A stretch of DNA of 63,908 nucleotides, counting the filler, from Nemertoderma westbladi (Eukaryota; Animalia; Xenacoelomorpha): the NCBI GenBank assembly GCA_032718475.1. It is 3 parts of 3 records of this genome, joined end to end, with 100 filler letters (N's around TTAATTAATTAA, not from the genome) between each part and the next. Parts side by side here need not be neighbours in the genome. Positions count along the whole stretch, not along the records: positions 1 to 27,983 come from JAUCBJ010006604.1; positions 28,084 to 56,262 come from JAUCBJ010006372.1; 1 more part is not named here. One strand, written 5' to 3'. The notes under the pieces were generated by a model. That model was not told the DNA's origin, searched no databases, and saw nothing but the letters and a program-made list of their open reading frames with translations. The position numbers and the translations under genes are program-made. Below are positions 25,797-37,630 of the stretch, one piece after another (the first letter of the stretch is position 1; each line of letters begins with the position of its first letter).

Positions 25797-25939
25797 TATA
25801 TAGCAATGTCAATTGATAGTATTGAATTTTAGCTAAATGATTTTACAAAATTTTAAATAAATAAAACTTTTATGAAAATAAATAAAACTTTTTAAAATAA
25901 AAATTAGAGAATGAATGGGAATGCGGTGAACCGGGGGGC

Positions 25940-26040
25940 GTATTATAGAGGGAGGCTAGAATGGATTACCCAATCAGAGTGCGAGGGTGAGTTAGGCAGC
26001 CAATCAGGACTCGAGGGAGGAAAGTTAGGCAGCCAATGAG
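25940..26040 (-). promoter_or_regulatory. putative promoter: three CCAAT boxes plus a TATA-like element
   Basis: CCAAT at 25970, 26000 and 26033. Minus-strand CTATAATA at 25941-25948, ~150 bp upstream of ATG 25796. Confidence 0.5.
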
Positions 26041-26727
26041 AGAGCAGATGCGAGTACAGTGGTAAAGCCCATCCATGGTGAGATAACGTCACACTAACTC
26101 TCAAGGATAGTTATACTCACCATTCAAATATCCCTCGCAAACCAGATTCCCCCAGCATCTAAAGTATTCCACTTCAATGCAAAATATATAGAGCTTTAGT
26201 TGGATTTGAACCTGTGCTTGTAAACTCTTTTGTGCTCGTATATTGTAATTTATTGTTCATATAATGCAATATAACTCGGCTATTTAGTCTGTGCCTCAGT
26301 GAGGCATAGTCTATGCCTCAGTGAGGCATAGTCTATGCCTCAGTGCCTCAGTGAGGCATAGTCTATGCCTCAGTGAGGCATAGTCTTGCCTCAGTGCCTC
26401 AGTGAGGCATAGTCTATGCCTCAGTATGGCATAGTCTATGCCTCAGTGAGGCATAGATCTATGCCTCAGTGAGGCATAGTCATGCCTCAGTGCCTCAGTG
26501 AGGCATAGTCTATGCCTCAGTGAGTCATAGTCTATGCCTCAGTGCCTCAGTGAGGCATAGTCTATGCCTCAGTGAGTCATAGTCTATGCCTCCTCAGTGA
26601 GGCATAGTCTATGCCTCAGTGAGGCATAGTCTGTGCCTCAGTGAGGCATAGTCTGTGTCAGGTCTTAAATGAGAGTCTTACAAATTCGAACGGCAACGAA
26701 CAAATTCGAAGGTTACTGTTCCACCTT

Positions 26728-26800
26728 GGTGTAGTGGTTGCGTTGAATTCACATCTCCCGTATGTCATGGGTTCGATCCCCGCATGAACCAGGGCAGTTT
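26728..26800 (+). mobile_element. tRNA-derived SINE head / tRNA-like remnant
   Basis: GGTGTAGTGG (A box) and GGGTTCGATCCC (B box) at tRNA-like spacing, with no intact cloverleaf. Confidence 0.45.
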
Positions 26801-27983
26801 TCGTTCGGTCAGCAATAGGCCTAACTTTGCAAAATGCAGTATTATTGCCTAGTAACCAATTCATGGCTACTATATGGTTTTCACTTTGAGACATTTCGCC
26901 CTCTAGCGGCAGACTGGGGAACTTCAGACTACTCTGTGACTCTGCAAAAGATATAGCCCATATTGTAATAGATACCGACTGGGGGGTCAAAATTAAGTAA
27001 TAATATATCTAAATAAGTCTCAAACATCTTGCCTCATGGCTCGCCCCTCAGAACTCTTAAGCAATATGGCTTCAAAGTTTTTAAGGAAAACTGGTAAACG
27101 AGATTTGTTAATTACGCATACCTCGCAGTCTTAAGTAATTAATTATACAGTAGGTTAGATCGTTTTGAGAGTAGGACCATTGGAAACAGCGCCCTCGATA
27201 ACCTCAGTACAAAGAAAATTAATACAGATTAACCGGATATAGCTTGTTATTATAAAACATAAATTATAATACAGTAGAACCATTAGGGTTGTAAATAAAA
27301 ACAAATTAAATTGAAGATAAACTGTATATATATAAACTTATGTATTAAAAGAGGGCCCTATTTAATTATACAGTATACTGAAAATGGTTAGCGATACCAT
27401 AATTAGATTATCGATAGGGATGCGGCTTCCTTAAATGAGGCAATCCTGACGCAGCACAAAGAATTTTAAGAGGGGCCCCGATAAATTGCTTCATTCATGC
27501 GTAACTGGTAACCTAGGCGATAGCTTGTCTTAAGTTTAGGCCCTTCGCTAACATTAACTCCAAAATAGTTACCAGTAAGGGAGCTGTATACCCTAGGGCT
27601 AAATAAGGCTGCAAGTCTATGGTTAGATGCTTCCAATAATGATGTCATTAGCAGCGGTAAGTAATATAAAAACTAATTAATCTAAAAATAGAAATCAAAA
27701 TGTATAAAGTAAAAGTAATACGATTAATTATTTTAAAATAAAGTACAAATAAATAATTAATTTAAAATTAAATACAAATAAATAAAGTAAAATTAAATAC
27801 AAATAATTAATTAAAATTAAATACAAATAAATAAGTATTAATAAATAAAAGAGCTGCGGTGTCACTTATGGCACCCTCTTGTACCGGCTTTGCGACAGTT
27901 AGACATCACTGACACATTGCGTATCAGATTGATAAATTAGGATAATCAATTAATCCCTAATTAGGAGTCGTAAGACATCTAGT

Positions 27984-28083
27984 NNNNNNNNNNNNNNNNN
28001 NNNNNNNNNNNNNNNNNNNNNNNNNNNTTAATTAATTAANNNNNNNNNNNNNNNNNNNNNNNNNNNNNNNNNNNNNNNNNNNN
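27984..28083. other. artificial contig linker
   Basis: N44-TTAATTAATTAA-N44, which gives stops in all six frames. Confidence 0.97.
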
Positions 28084-31000
28084 GAAGCTTTTACACTGAT
28101 AGTTGAAAAAGACTGTCTGACAGTTGGTATCATGATAGTATATCATGATAGTAATCATGATCATGTATCATGATAGTAATATCTGATAGTTAGCGCCCCA
28201 TGGGTAAATCCTTACCCCATGGGCTGTTACCTCTCTGACTGACAGCGCAACAGCCCCTATAGGTGCACCCCCTGCTAAACATTTATCTATCATTAGGCCT
28301 TCTCAGCGAATCAGTGGCCAGGATTCCTAATGATACAGAAATGCTTAAACCAAAGACAAGCCCTGAATTAACGATAGAGAATTCAACTGACCAGTGAGAG
28401 CGTTAGTTTGTAATTCAAAATATTTATATGTAGGCCTACTTGCAGTTACCAGTAATTTGCGTGTACGCGGTGTTAAAACTGTTATTTTTGTTACTATGCA
28501 CTTTCTGTAGTTTTTGGATGGTTGTTGGTCATATTGGATGCCTCTACTGAGTATAATCGATTGATAAACAGGAGCGATCTCGATGAAATCGGTGAGTTTA
28601 ATTTCCCGATTACGGCAGTACGCCGAGTACGGTAGTTATTAGTTGGTTGTTCGTATGATTGTCAGCTACTGTTACTGCGTTACCGTTAGGAAGTTTATTC
28701 GAGGAACTTCGTATTAAACTGTTGGTTTTCTTTAGATAAGTCGGATCCGCACCTATACGAGTGAACCAGTTCGTCGGCCTACCAACGGGTGAAATGTTAA
28801 AGAGTGGGCTGATCAACATGCGATGTGATATTCGGCGGATCCAACGAAGTGAACCCGACGGTCATTCGATTACGGCATCGGTACTGCCGTGAGTACTTTA
28901 GTATTTTAAGAACCGGCCCCTTGCATATAACCCGCCCCCCTTCCCTATCGTGGTTTGAACTTTGTTTGTATTACCTGTTTGTCTATATCTATTGATTTTC
29001 GTGAGAATTTGCCATCTATTAATCCGAGGGATTATGAGTCCCAACCATCGATGTGTGAATTAAGAGACAGCGGATTAACAATCTCCCAACGAAGTTTGGA
29101 GACGAATACTACGTAATAGTAATACTACTAACAACACCTGCTATAATAATAATAACTTAACATAATACTAATGATATTATTTTCTGTTATTATTATTATT
29201 GGTTTATTTGCTGTAGATCTACTCTGTCCAGCTCGCATTCTATCGACACAAATTATAATTTCATATAATATTATCTTACAGGTTCATTGCAGCTACGATG
29301 GAAGGACGACGCTTACAGGGCGTGTAGAGACTTATAGGTGTCGTGGGTTTACGTAACAATATGGAACCTGGTAAACTAGTTGACAATGAATTATAATAAT
29401 ATGAACGATATTAATTAAAAATATCTTAGTAATATATTTATAAACTCTACATAATTTGAGATTGTAATGTGTTTAATTGTTGTGTGATTTATACATATCA
29501 TAATACATTCTATAAGGTTCATTGGAATTATAAATGTGAATATTATAATTATTACATTTATTTATTTTCATTTTCCCTCATAATCGAGGAGTATAAATAC
29601 GTTGTTTGTTTTATTTTTTATTAGAAATAACAAAGAAAACTGCAACCTAATAAAACTCGAAACAACAGCAAGGATACCTACTCGCTACTGACGCTTATGA
29701 AGAATAGCGGAGCCCAGAAGTATAAGTGAATATCTTCTTGAAATAAATCTTTCCTCCAGAAAAACGAAAGAAATCAACCCATAGAAAGGCGCAAAAAAAT
29801 TTAATTAATATTTCTTAAAAGTATCAGTCAGGTAAGAGAAATTAAATGGCATAGCCGCAACAAGGCTGTATGCCTTCTCCAGGGCCCGAAATGGGTTGTG
29901 TAGTAAGAGGTTGTTTGTAAATAGTATTATGTGTTATGGTTGCTGTGTAATACGTACCAGAATCTTATAATTTAATGAATTAATGTTATAGAAAGAAAAT
30001 TAATTATCAGAATTAAATGAATTCGCATCAATAATATGCTTAGAAATTATATCTACTGTATTTTTATTATTTTTATTTTTTTATATATATTTTTTATTTT
30101 TATTCCATACATATAATAAGGCTGCGAAATGAGTAATGTTCGTCAAAAGTAACTATATGGGGCCAGAATCATCAGGAGAAAACACAGAAACGGTTTAAAA
30201 ATCATGGAAAAGCATATTATAGTTGGGAATACATAAGAGTTGTACCGTTTCTTATGTATTTACAGTCATTGCTCATCGACCCAAAACGCATGAGTAACCA
30301 GTCGTCGAAAATGGCCACCTGGGACCAAAAAGATCATGAAAGAACACTGCTACGGGTTGGAAATGTCGAAAAAGTATATTATGGTTGGAAATACATCAGA
30401 ATTGTATCGTTTCATAGGTATTTACAGTCGTTGTTCGGTGACACAAAACCCCTCACGCGATTGGTCTGGGGTTTGAGGGGGGGCTCCGCCTTCCTCTCGT
30501 AGGGCCTCTTGGCTAAGATTAGCATGGCGCCCCCATGGTATGGCCTTGCTGCTTGTAACTGTGTATACAATGGTATGGCCTTGCTGCTTGTAACTGTATG
30601 TATACAGAAGTACGCCTTTAATACTGTAATACAATATTACTATAATAATGAAGAATCTGACAATAGTGTATGTGCAGTAGGTCTGTAGGTGGTAGGCCTT
30701 AGCGTTACAGCGTTAGATGATGTAGACCTACCAGCAGCCCGGCAGACCAGTACTCTGGCAGAGACTGGTACTACTGTGCCTGTGGCTGTGGTCTGAAGTC
30801 AGATACTTGTTTATTGGTTTACTGTATGTAGTATTGTTACTACCGTACTACAGGGTATTAGTACACATTTGAATGACACTAGCCAAACAAGCCTAAAATC
30901 AGATAAATAATGGTACTAGTACCGGTATAGCAGTATTATGCACCACCTTGCGGATTGCATGGGTATTATTTATTAAGTTCTTTGAAGGGAATGTATTATT

Positions 31001-31256
31001 TTAATGTAAACTATATTACTACTACTATTATTACTACTATTACTATTATTTACTAGCTTATTATGTAATATTTTAGCTTAATCTATTAGTTTAATTACAA
31101 TTTACTGTGTGCGTACGTAATCTTAATTACATTCTACCGTACATTACCAATATTATAATTAATATTTACCCCGACTGGGGGTGTATCTTATTGTAAAAAA
31201 AAATATTACAAGCTAATAACACTGTTGACTGGATGCGACAGTTGTTTATTTCATAT

Positions 31257-31441
31257 GTTGGCCCTGAAAAGGGCCGTTTGGGTTGGTTAAGTCAGGTCGT
31301 ACAGTAGTTGGCCCTGAAAAGGGCCGTTTGGGTTGGTTAAGTCAGGTCGTACAGTAGTTGGCCCTGAAAAGGGCCGTTTGGGTTGGTTAAGTCAGGTCGT
31401 ACAGTTGTTGGCCCAGAAAAGGGCCGTTTGTGTTGGTTAAG
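31257..31441 (-). repeat. 50-bp tandem repeat (~3.7 units), each with a histone-3'-type stem-loop
   Basis: Minus-strand CCAAACGGCCCTTTTCAGGGCCAAC. Hairpins at 31260-31275, 31310-31325, 31360-31375 and 31410-31425 (the last has one mismatch). Confidence 0.9.
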
Positions 31442-31461
31442 GTATAAGGTACAATAGACAT

Positions 31462-31961
31462 TCAGCAAGGATAGTAAATGCTTGAAAAGTGCAAGAAGGT
31501 TTGAGAAAGGTCGGTCGCGATTTAAAAGTCTCCACCGAAATTCTGCCAGGTGGCCAGCAATACGTTTGTGGTGTTGTGCATTTCTAATTGCGGATGACTG
31601 ACGTCTTTAAGTGGCCCTACATCGACTATACATTGAGTGTGGGTGCCTGTAGTACTCACCCGCGAATCGACTCTTCTCAAACCACATCCCAGAACGTGCA
31701 GTTCGCCTATGCTTATTAGCACTGGAGCAACGCCAAACAAGTGGCATGAATCCCCTGTCCTTCACCAGCGTAATTTTAGATTGTGCAGTACAACTCGGAA
31801 ATGGCAGAATGGCGGAAAAGGACAAAGATGAAGGGTTGGTCTGTTGGTTGCCCTTTTGGTTGTAGAGTTCGGGGAAGAAGCTCCACGCTTTGTGCAAACT
31901 CAATAGCGTGCTCCTCAGTCTCGATAAGTTTCCCAATCTCAATGAAATTTTATTCTGCCAT
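31462..31961 (-). pseudogene. Merlin (ISXO2/IS1595-like) transposase remnant, internally deleted
   Basis: Manual translation across frameshifts: IETEEHAIEFAQSVELLP, LVWRCSSANKHRRTARSGMWFEKSR, TGTHTQCI and GHLAEFRWR..PFSNLL. These match the N-terminal zinc-ribbon region and the C-terminal G.HTQ.IE / EF.WR motifs of Merlin. Most of the catalytic core is missing. Confidence 0.75.
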
Positions 31962-32571
31962 GACAGTACAGGAGTACAGTATTCTAACAGTAGGCCTAAC
32001 TATATTAATACTGTTATACCGGTACCGGTTTCTATCTGACTTCAGGATTGTTTGGCAAGTGTCGTTCAAACAGTCAAACAGTACTAATACCGTACTACAG
32101 TCTGACAGTAAGTAGGTCAGCCTCCACTAATTTTGCATAGGCCTCCCATGTCATGGCCTGTATTAAGTATCGCAATAATTTTTATTGTCCGTTTAAATCC
32201 TTTTTTTGTCCTTTTTTTTTTATTTTTTATGTCCTCCAAAAGTCTAATGTTAGGTTCCATGCTACCGGTTTCTCTACTGCTGTTTTCTCAGGATATCAGT
32301 ACCGGTATTAGTATATATAGCACTATTTTGCTGTATTGTATGTACAGATGTAGGTATAAAGCAGGTATTTCTGTATTTTAGTACCGGTACCGGCACCGGT
32401 ACTGCTATAGGCCTACTGTGTAGCCTACCATTTAAATACGGTAATAGTAGGCCTACCGGTTGTGCTAATAAACTTTAAATAATTGATAGGCCAAACTGGA
32501 TTGCAGGATTGTGGAAAATGTGGATATACCTTTCACATAATTTAGGCCTATTACTGTATTAGTTTTATCGT

Positions 32572-33220
32572 CTCTGTAACCTGCTCCTTTCCGTCAATTA
32601 GTTAAATGATCGTTTATTGTTTTGGTTAGAAAATCCCGCCTCTGTAACCTGCCCCTTTCCCTCAATTAGTTAAATGATCGTTTATTGTTTTGGTTAGAAA
32701 ATCCCGCCTCTGTAACCTGCTCCTTTCCCTGAATTGGTAAAGTGACCGTTTATTGTTTTGGTTAGAAAGGCCCGCCTCTGTAACCTGCCCCTTTCGCTCA
32801 ATTAGTTAAATGATCGTTTATTGTTTTGGTTAGAAAATCCCGCCTCTGTAACCTGCTCCTTTCCCTCAATTAGTTAAGTGATTGTTTATTGTTTTGGTTA
32901 GAAAATTCCGCCTCTGTAACCTGTCCCTTTCCCTCAATTAGTTAAATGATCGTTTATTGTTTTGGTTAGAAAATCCCGCCTCTGTAACCTGCTCCTTTCC
33001 CTCAATAAGTTAAGTGATCGTTTATTGTTTTGGTTAGAAAATCCCGCCTCTGTAACCTGCTCCTTTCCCTCAATTAGTTAAGTGATCGTTTATTGTTTTG
33101 GTTAGAAAATCCCGTCTCTGTAACCTGCTCCTTTCCCTGATTTGGTAAAGTGACTGTTTATTGTTTTGGTTAGAAAACTCGGCCTTAACCTGTTCCTTTC
33201 CATCAATTGGTAATTGTTTT
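32572..33220. repeat. 68-bp satellite, ~9.5 copies
   Basis: Head-to-tail unit CTCTGTAACCTGCTCCTTTCCCTCAATTAGTTAAATGATCGTTTATTGTTTTGGTTAGAAAATCCCGC. Confidence 0.95.
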
Positions 33221-34094
33221 TGGCTATAAAATGAGTGTTTTGCTACGTCATGTGGTAATCGATTATCGACAACAACCACAAACTATTAAATATAGAGTCT
33301 TTTTACCACAGGCGCATATGGAAATCTATCTCATAGTCTATAAATCATGGAATCATGGAATGTTTTGGCACAGGCATAGTGAAATCAACTGTCTGACAGT
33401 CCAGAAATCAGCAGTCTGACAGTTTGAAGAAATACATACATAAAAAGTCATTAAAAGGACAATAAAAGTCATTAAAAGGACAACAAAAGTCATTATGCAT
33501 AATTCGTAAAAAAAATGACAAAAAAAGTCAAATAAAAGGACATAAAAAATCACTGCCATTAGGTATCGCTTTGGCCAGTCTGCATGACAGTGTGAACTTT
33601 AAAAGTTTAGCAGGTAATATGGTAGCCTTAAACACAACATGTCAAGGTCAACACATACACAAAAACTGTAACGGTATGCAGTCGCAGTGCAGTATGGTAC
33701 TGGACAGTCTGTCTGTAAAAATTGTAAATGATATGATTGTATACTGTACTGCGGTATTGCTACTGGTACCTACTGCCTGACTGCTCAAATTTACAATAAT
33801 TTAAATCTGATGCATATATAATTATATAGTGCATATTCTGATCTTAATTTCATATAGGCATAATACTGTATATAGAGTTATATATAATAATCTAATTTAC
33901 AATGATGACCAGCATCCCAGACAGGTCTTGTGAAGGAATAAAGGAGCTACCAGTTCAAGATTTAACTCAAATTTCATCATCAGCTCTATTTCCAACACCC
34001 ACACCCACTTCATCTGGAGAAAAAAAGAAAAAAGCGACAAAGTATTGAGTATTATTAAAAAAAAGTCAAACCCTGGACTGAAAAAACTCTGGAA

Positions 34095-34320
34095 TAGGCT
34101 ATAGCCTGATAGCGGCACATAATGCTACTAAGACTTATTCAAGTATTGAGAAATGTGCACACCATATGTCTGAAACAACATTGTGGCGAGCTTTGAAGAG
34201 CAACGTGTTGTGGGAAGTTTGAGTGGGAGACATAAAGTTTTAAATGAAGAACAGGAGGAAACCATTGCCAGTGTAATACAAGTAATGGCATGGGCAGGAT
34301 TTGGTGTCAATAAATCAGGC
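34095..34320 (+). pseudogene. pogo/Tigger-like transposase N-terminal HTH remnant
   Basis: ETTLWR..GRHKVLNEEQEETIASVIQVMAWAGFGV resembles a psq plus CENP-B-type HTH. Confidence 0.5.
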
Positions 34321-34610
34321 ATTGGACCAATAGAGTTCAAGAATTCTGTAAGAGTCACGAAATTGAGAAACAACGAATTGCACATATCCAACTTTCATTT
34401 AACCTTCCTATTCTGCTCGGGTCATATTGACCCATTTGCAATTTCAATCATAAAATTTTTATCGAAAACTTTAGTACCTGACACTATAGGTCAGTGACTT
34501 TTATTAACTTTTTGCACTGAATCCGAATCTGCTGTCAAATTTGTGGTGCCACCAAGATTTAATCGAGGAATTTTAATTTTACCATTCAAACGGTCGGTAC
34601 CACTGCTCAA

Positions 34611-35804
34611 TTGAGCAACCCGTATGAGAAACTTAATAACGCTACGCAGGGAGATAATGAACTTTGCACCATGTGCGCCAAACGAGTTATACACAATGGG
34701 TTGCAATGTTACGGTTGCGACCGTTGGGAACATAGCAACCACTCGCGGATCTCGGCTGCAGTGTATGATGCCCTCGGCAATTCATCAAGTTTAGTTTTCC
34801 TGTGCATCAATTGTCGGGACCTGTCTATGTCAGAGCGTCTTGCTGCTGTCTCCGGTTCTTTACCACCATCGGCATTTGCGGATGACGGCAATCGTGTTCC
34901 GGAATCCGTTACTGATAAACTCGATTCACTAACATCTCAGATGAACGAACTGCACGAGTTTCTTGTATGTAATGGTAATGCTGCCGATGGAAACCGCAAC
35001 ATTGGCATTTCTTCTCGTGTGCATTGCAACGCCGGGCGTCCCTCAGCTGTGGTTGATGGTATATCGCAACGTCGGGTTGAAACCCCCGCCAATACCAGAC
35101 CAAACAATCTAGAGGATAAAATTAAAGATTGTGTTGCCATAGCAATGCATACCAACAAAGTAGAAGAGCAGTCATCATTGCGGCTGTTCATTGAAAGTTA
35201 CCTGAGTCCGGATCTTTAACTAACGATGAACGAGCGGTGCGGGAAGTTTTGGAAGTTATCGATTGCGGTACCATCCATGAATATCGAGTTTGTCGCCTTC
35301 TTCCTCTACGTAATGCAAAAAAACCCCCCTCTGCTTGAACTGTCTTTTAAGTCAGCTAGTGACCACTACTTAGTTCTTAAGAACTGTCACAAGCTCTCTA
35401 AATCAACGTTCAAGAACGTATTCGTACGTCCAGATCTCTTGGCAGAGGTTCGTAGAGACCGCGACATACTACGGGCTCATGCGTACCTCGTTCATAGCAA
35501 TAACACTTCTGATAACGTCGCCGTTGTTTACGATGATAAGGAAAGCTGCTACGTATTGAAGAAGAGGACTGTTTTGGGTCGCATTTCCTGGAGATCCTCA
35601 GTCGTCCTGACCCCGGAAGAGTTTGACATCGCACAGAGGCACATGGAGTCTCGTAGGAAACTTCGAGGCGCTAAGCGAGCGACTGGCACCGTCAGACAGG
35701 GTCCCCCAACCGAGGCTGCTACTCCCCCTGCGACTTCACCACACTATCCAACTACACTACACTATCCAACCCGGATTCACTACACTATCCAACCCGGCGG
35801 TTGA
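34611..35804 (+). pseudogene. CR1-clade LINE ORF1 (PHD finger), frameshifted
   Basis: CTMC..LQCYGCDRWEH..FLCINC PHD-type finger, coiled coil and KNVFVRPDL motif, directly upstream of the APE ORF. Confidence 0.75.
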
Positions 35805-35864
35805 TGTAGGTTCTTCTGAAAATCTGTCCACCGATGGTTCCAGGGGTCATTCGGGAAACTAAAC

Positions 35865-37630
35865 TTGGGAGAAGATTCAAACTTCCAATCGAATACTGAG
35901 AGTACAGCACACGGACATAGACAGCGTACCTATCTCAGTTGCTGTTCAATGAATTATCAGAGCATTGGTAATAAATTGCATGATTTAACACACTTTTTAG
36001 ATACTTCTGGTCATACAGTAGTTGGAATAACTGAAAGCTGGTTAAATGATAGTATCACTGATGCAATGGTAGTAGATCATAAAGGTTTTCAAATTTTTAG
36101 GAAGGACCATTTAACAACCACTGGCGGTGGTGTAGCAATAATCATTGATAAATCGAAAACTTTACAATGTGCCAGAATTTTTCGGGATAAAAAATATGAG
36201 GATTGTGAAATTATTGCAGTTGATATTCTTGGCGATGCACCAACTAGATTAATTTGTGCCTGTCGCAGCAATAGTTCATTGTGTAGTAGTTTGGAATATG
36301 TAAATTTATTTTGTGAGTGTATTTCTCATCTTTCTGATGTTAGTTACCCCACAGTTTGTTTTGGTGATTTTAATTTCCGCGAATTTAACTGGGAGGCAAT
36401 GACCTTTCCGGATTCTGATATATATAAGAGCTTTTTTAATTGTGTACACGAGGCAGGGTTCACTCAACTTGTAAATAAACCCACCAGGGGGGAAAGTATG
36501 CTAGACTTAGTTTTCACCAGTGACGTACTCTGTGTTAGTGACGTCACTGTTAACGTAGGTTTTTCCACTTGTGACCATTCATCTGTAACCTTTAACCTAT
36601 GTGGTCCATACCAATTTGTTAACAGTGAACCATTACATTATTTAGACTTTAAGAATGCTGACTACGCAGCCTTTTCTTCATTTTTAGAAGCTCAAGACTG
36701 GTCACGTAATTTTCATTCTTGTGATACAGGAGATACATATTGGAGTGCTTTTGATAATGTTCTTAAACAGGGAATGAATCGTTTTATTCCTCGTAAAGAA
36801 ATCCCGGTTTTACTTAAGAAGCGTTATCCCGTCACATTAAGAAACTACAACGTAAAAAAAAATTAAAAAAAAAATTAGCGTATGACCGCTGTTCGAAAGA
36901 AATTTCTAGAACAATATTTAGAAATCTGTGTCTGAAAGAAATTCAAAACGTAATTATAAATCGGGAATTGCCCCCTTGAAATACAATGGTGATGTGATCG
37001 TTGATGACGCTATCAAGGCCAGGATTTTTTCTGAAGTACTGGCGGAAAATTATTGTCAAAATGATGGCAATATTCCTACGTTTAATCGTGCGGTGCCTAA
37101 TAATACCTACTTAAGTGATGTTAATTTTAATCCTAGTGCAGTATATAAGATTTTACGTGACTTACCAAACAAATCTGGCTCCACACCAGATGGCTTGCCT
37201 AGTCTTTTATTTCGAAGCTTGGCTAGACAACTGGCTGCGCCTCTGTCGGCGATTTTTGATATATCTTTTAGTTCGCACTCCTTACCGAATATCTGGCTCA
37301 CCGCCATTGTTGTACCACTGTTTAAGAAAGATAACCCATCAAATCACACCTATCCTATCACACCTCAACTTACAAATGTTAGAAATTAGGCGAATTATGG
37401 AATTATTATGGAATTTATGGATGTGAACAGAGAGGGTTTGCGGGGACACAATATGAAACTATTCGTGCAACAAAGTAGATAAGTTGTCTCTAGAAACCGC
37501 TTTGCAAACAGTTCTGTATCAGTTTGGAATTCTCTACCTTTAGAGACTGTCAATGCAATTAATTTAGTTACCTTTAATCGCCGAATATTCAATATAGACT
37601 TCAGCCATCTGTGTCACTGTAGGCCTATTA
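35865..37630 (+). pseudogene. CR1-clade LINE ORF2 (APE, start of RT and C-terminus; RT core deleted)
   Basis: NYQSIGNK, GITESWL, GGGVAI, FGDFNF, LDLVFT, CDH, TPDGLP and AIVVPLFKK, then a jump to the C-terminal LRGH..F.N..V.VWNSLP. Confidence 0.88.

Larger units (their letters stand above)
23877..26657. mobile_element. foldback-type element with long TIRs and outer palindromic 22-bp arrays
   Basis: 24031-24294 is the reverse complement of 26029-26294. Outer arrays of CACTGAGGCATAGACTATGCCT at 23877-24037 and inverted at 26287-26657. No TSD resolved. Confidence 0.85.

Noticed and set aside
27984-28083. TTAATTAATTAA within N runs as a biological motif (also 56263-56362)
   Set aside because: It is an identical 100-bp six-frame-stop linker, so no linkage can be inferred across it.
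28600-29830. Possible spliced gene after a CpG-rich stretch
   Set aside because: Splice-like sites exist near 29281 and 29624, but the frames contain stops and no recognisable domain.
31257-31961. Histone gene upstream of the stem-loops
   Set aside because: No histone-like sequence was found upstream. The peptide motifs are those of a Merlin/ISXO2 transposase.
31257-33220. 50-bp and 68-bp arrays as CRISPR arrays
   Set aside because: The units are head-to-tail with no unique spacers, there are no cas genes, and the context is eukaryotic.
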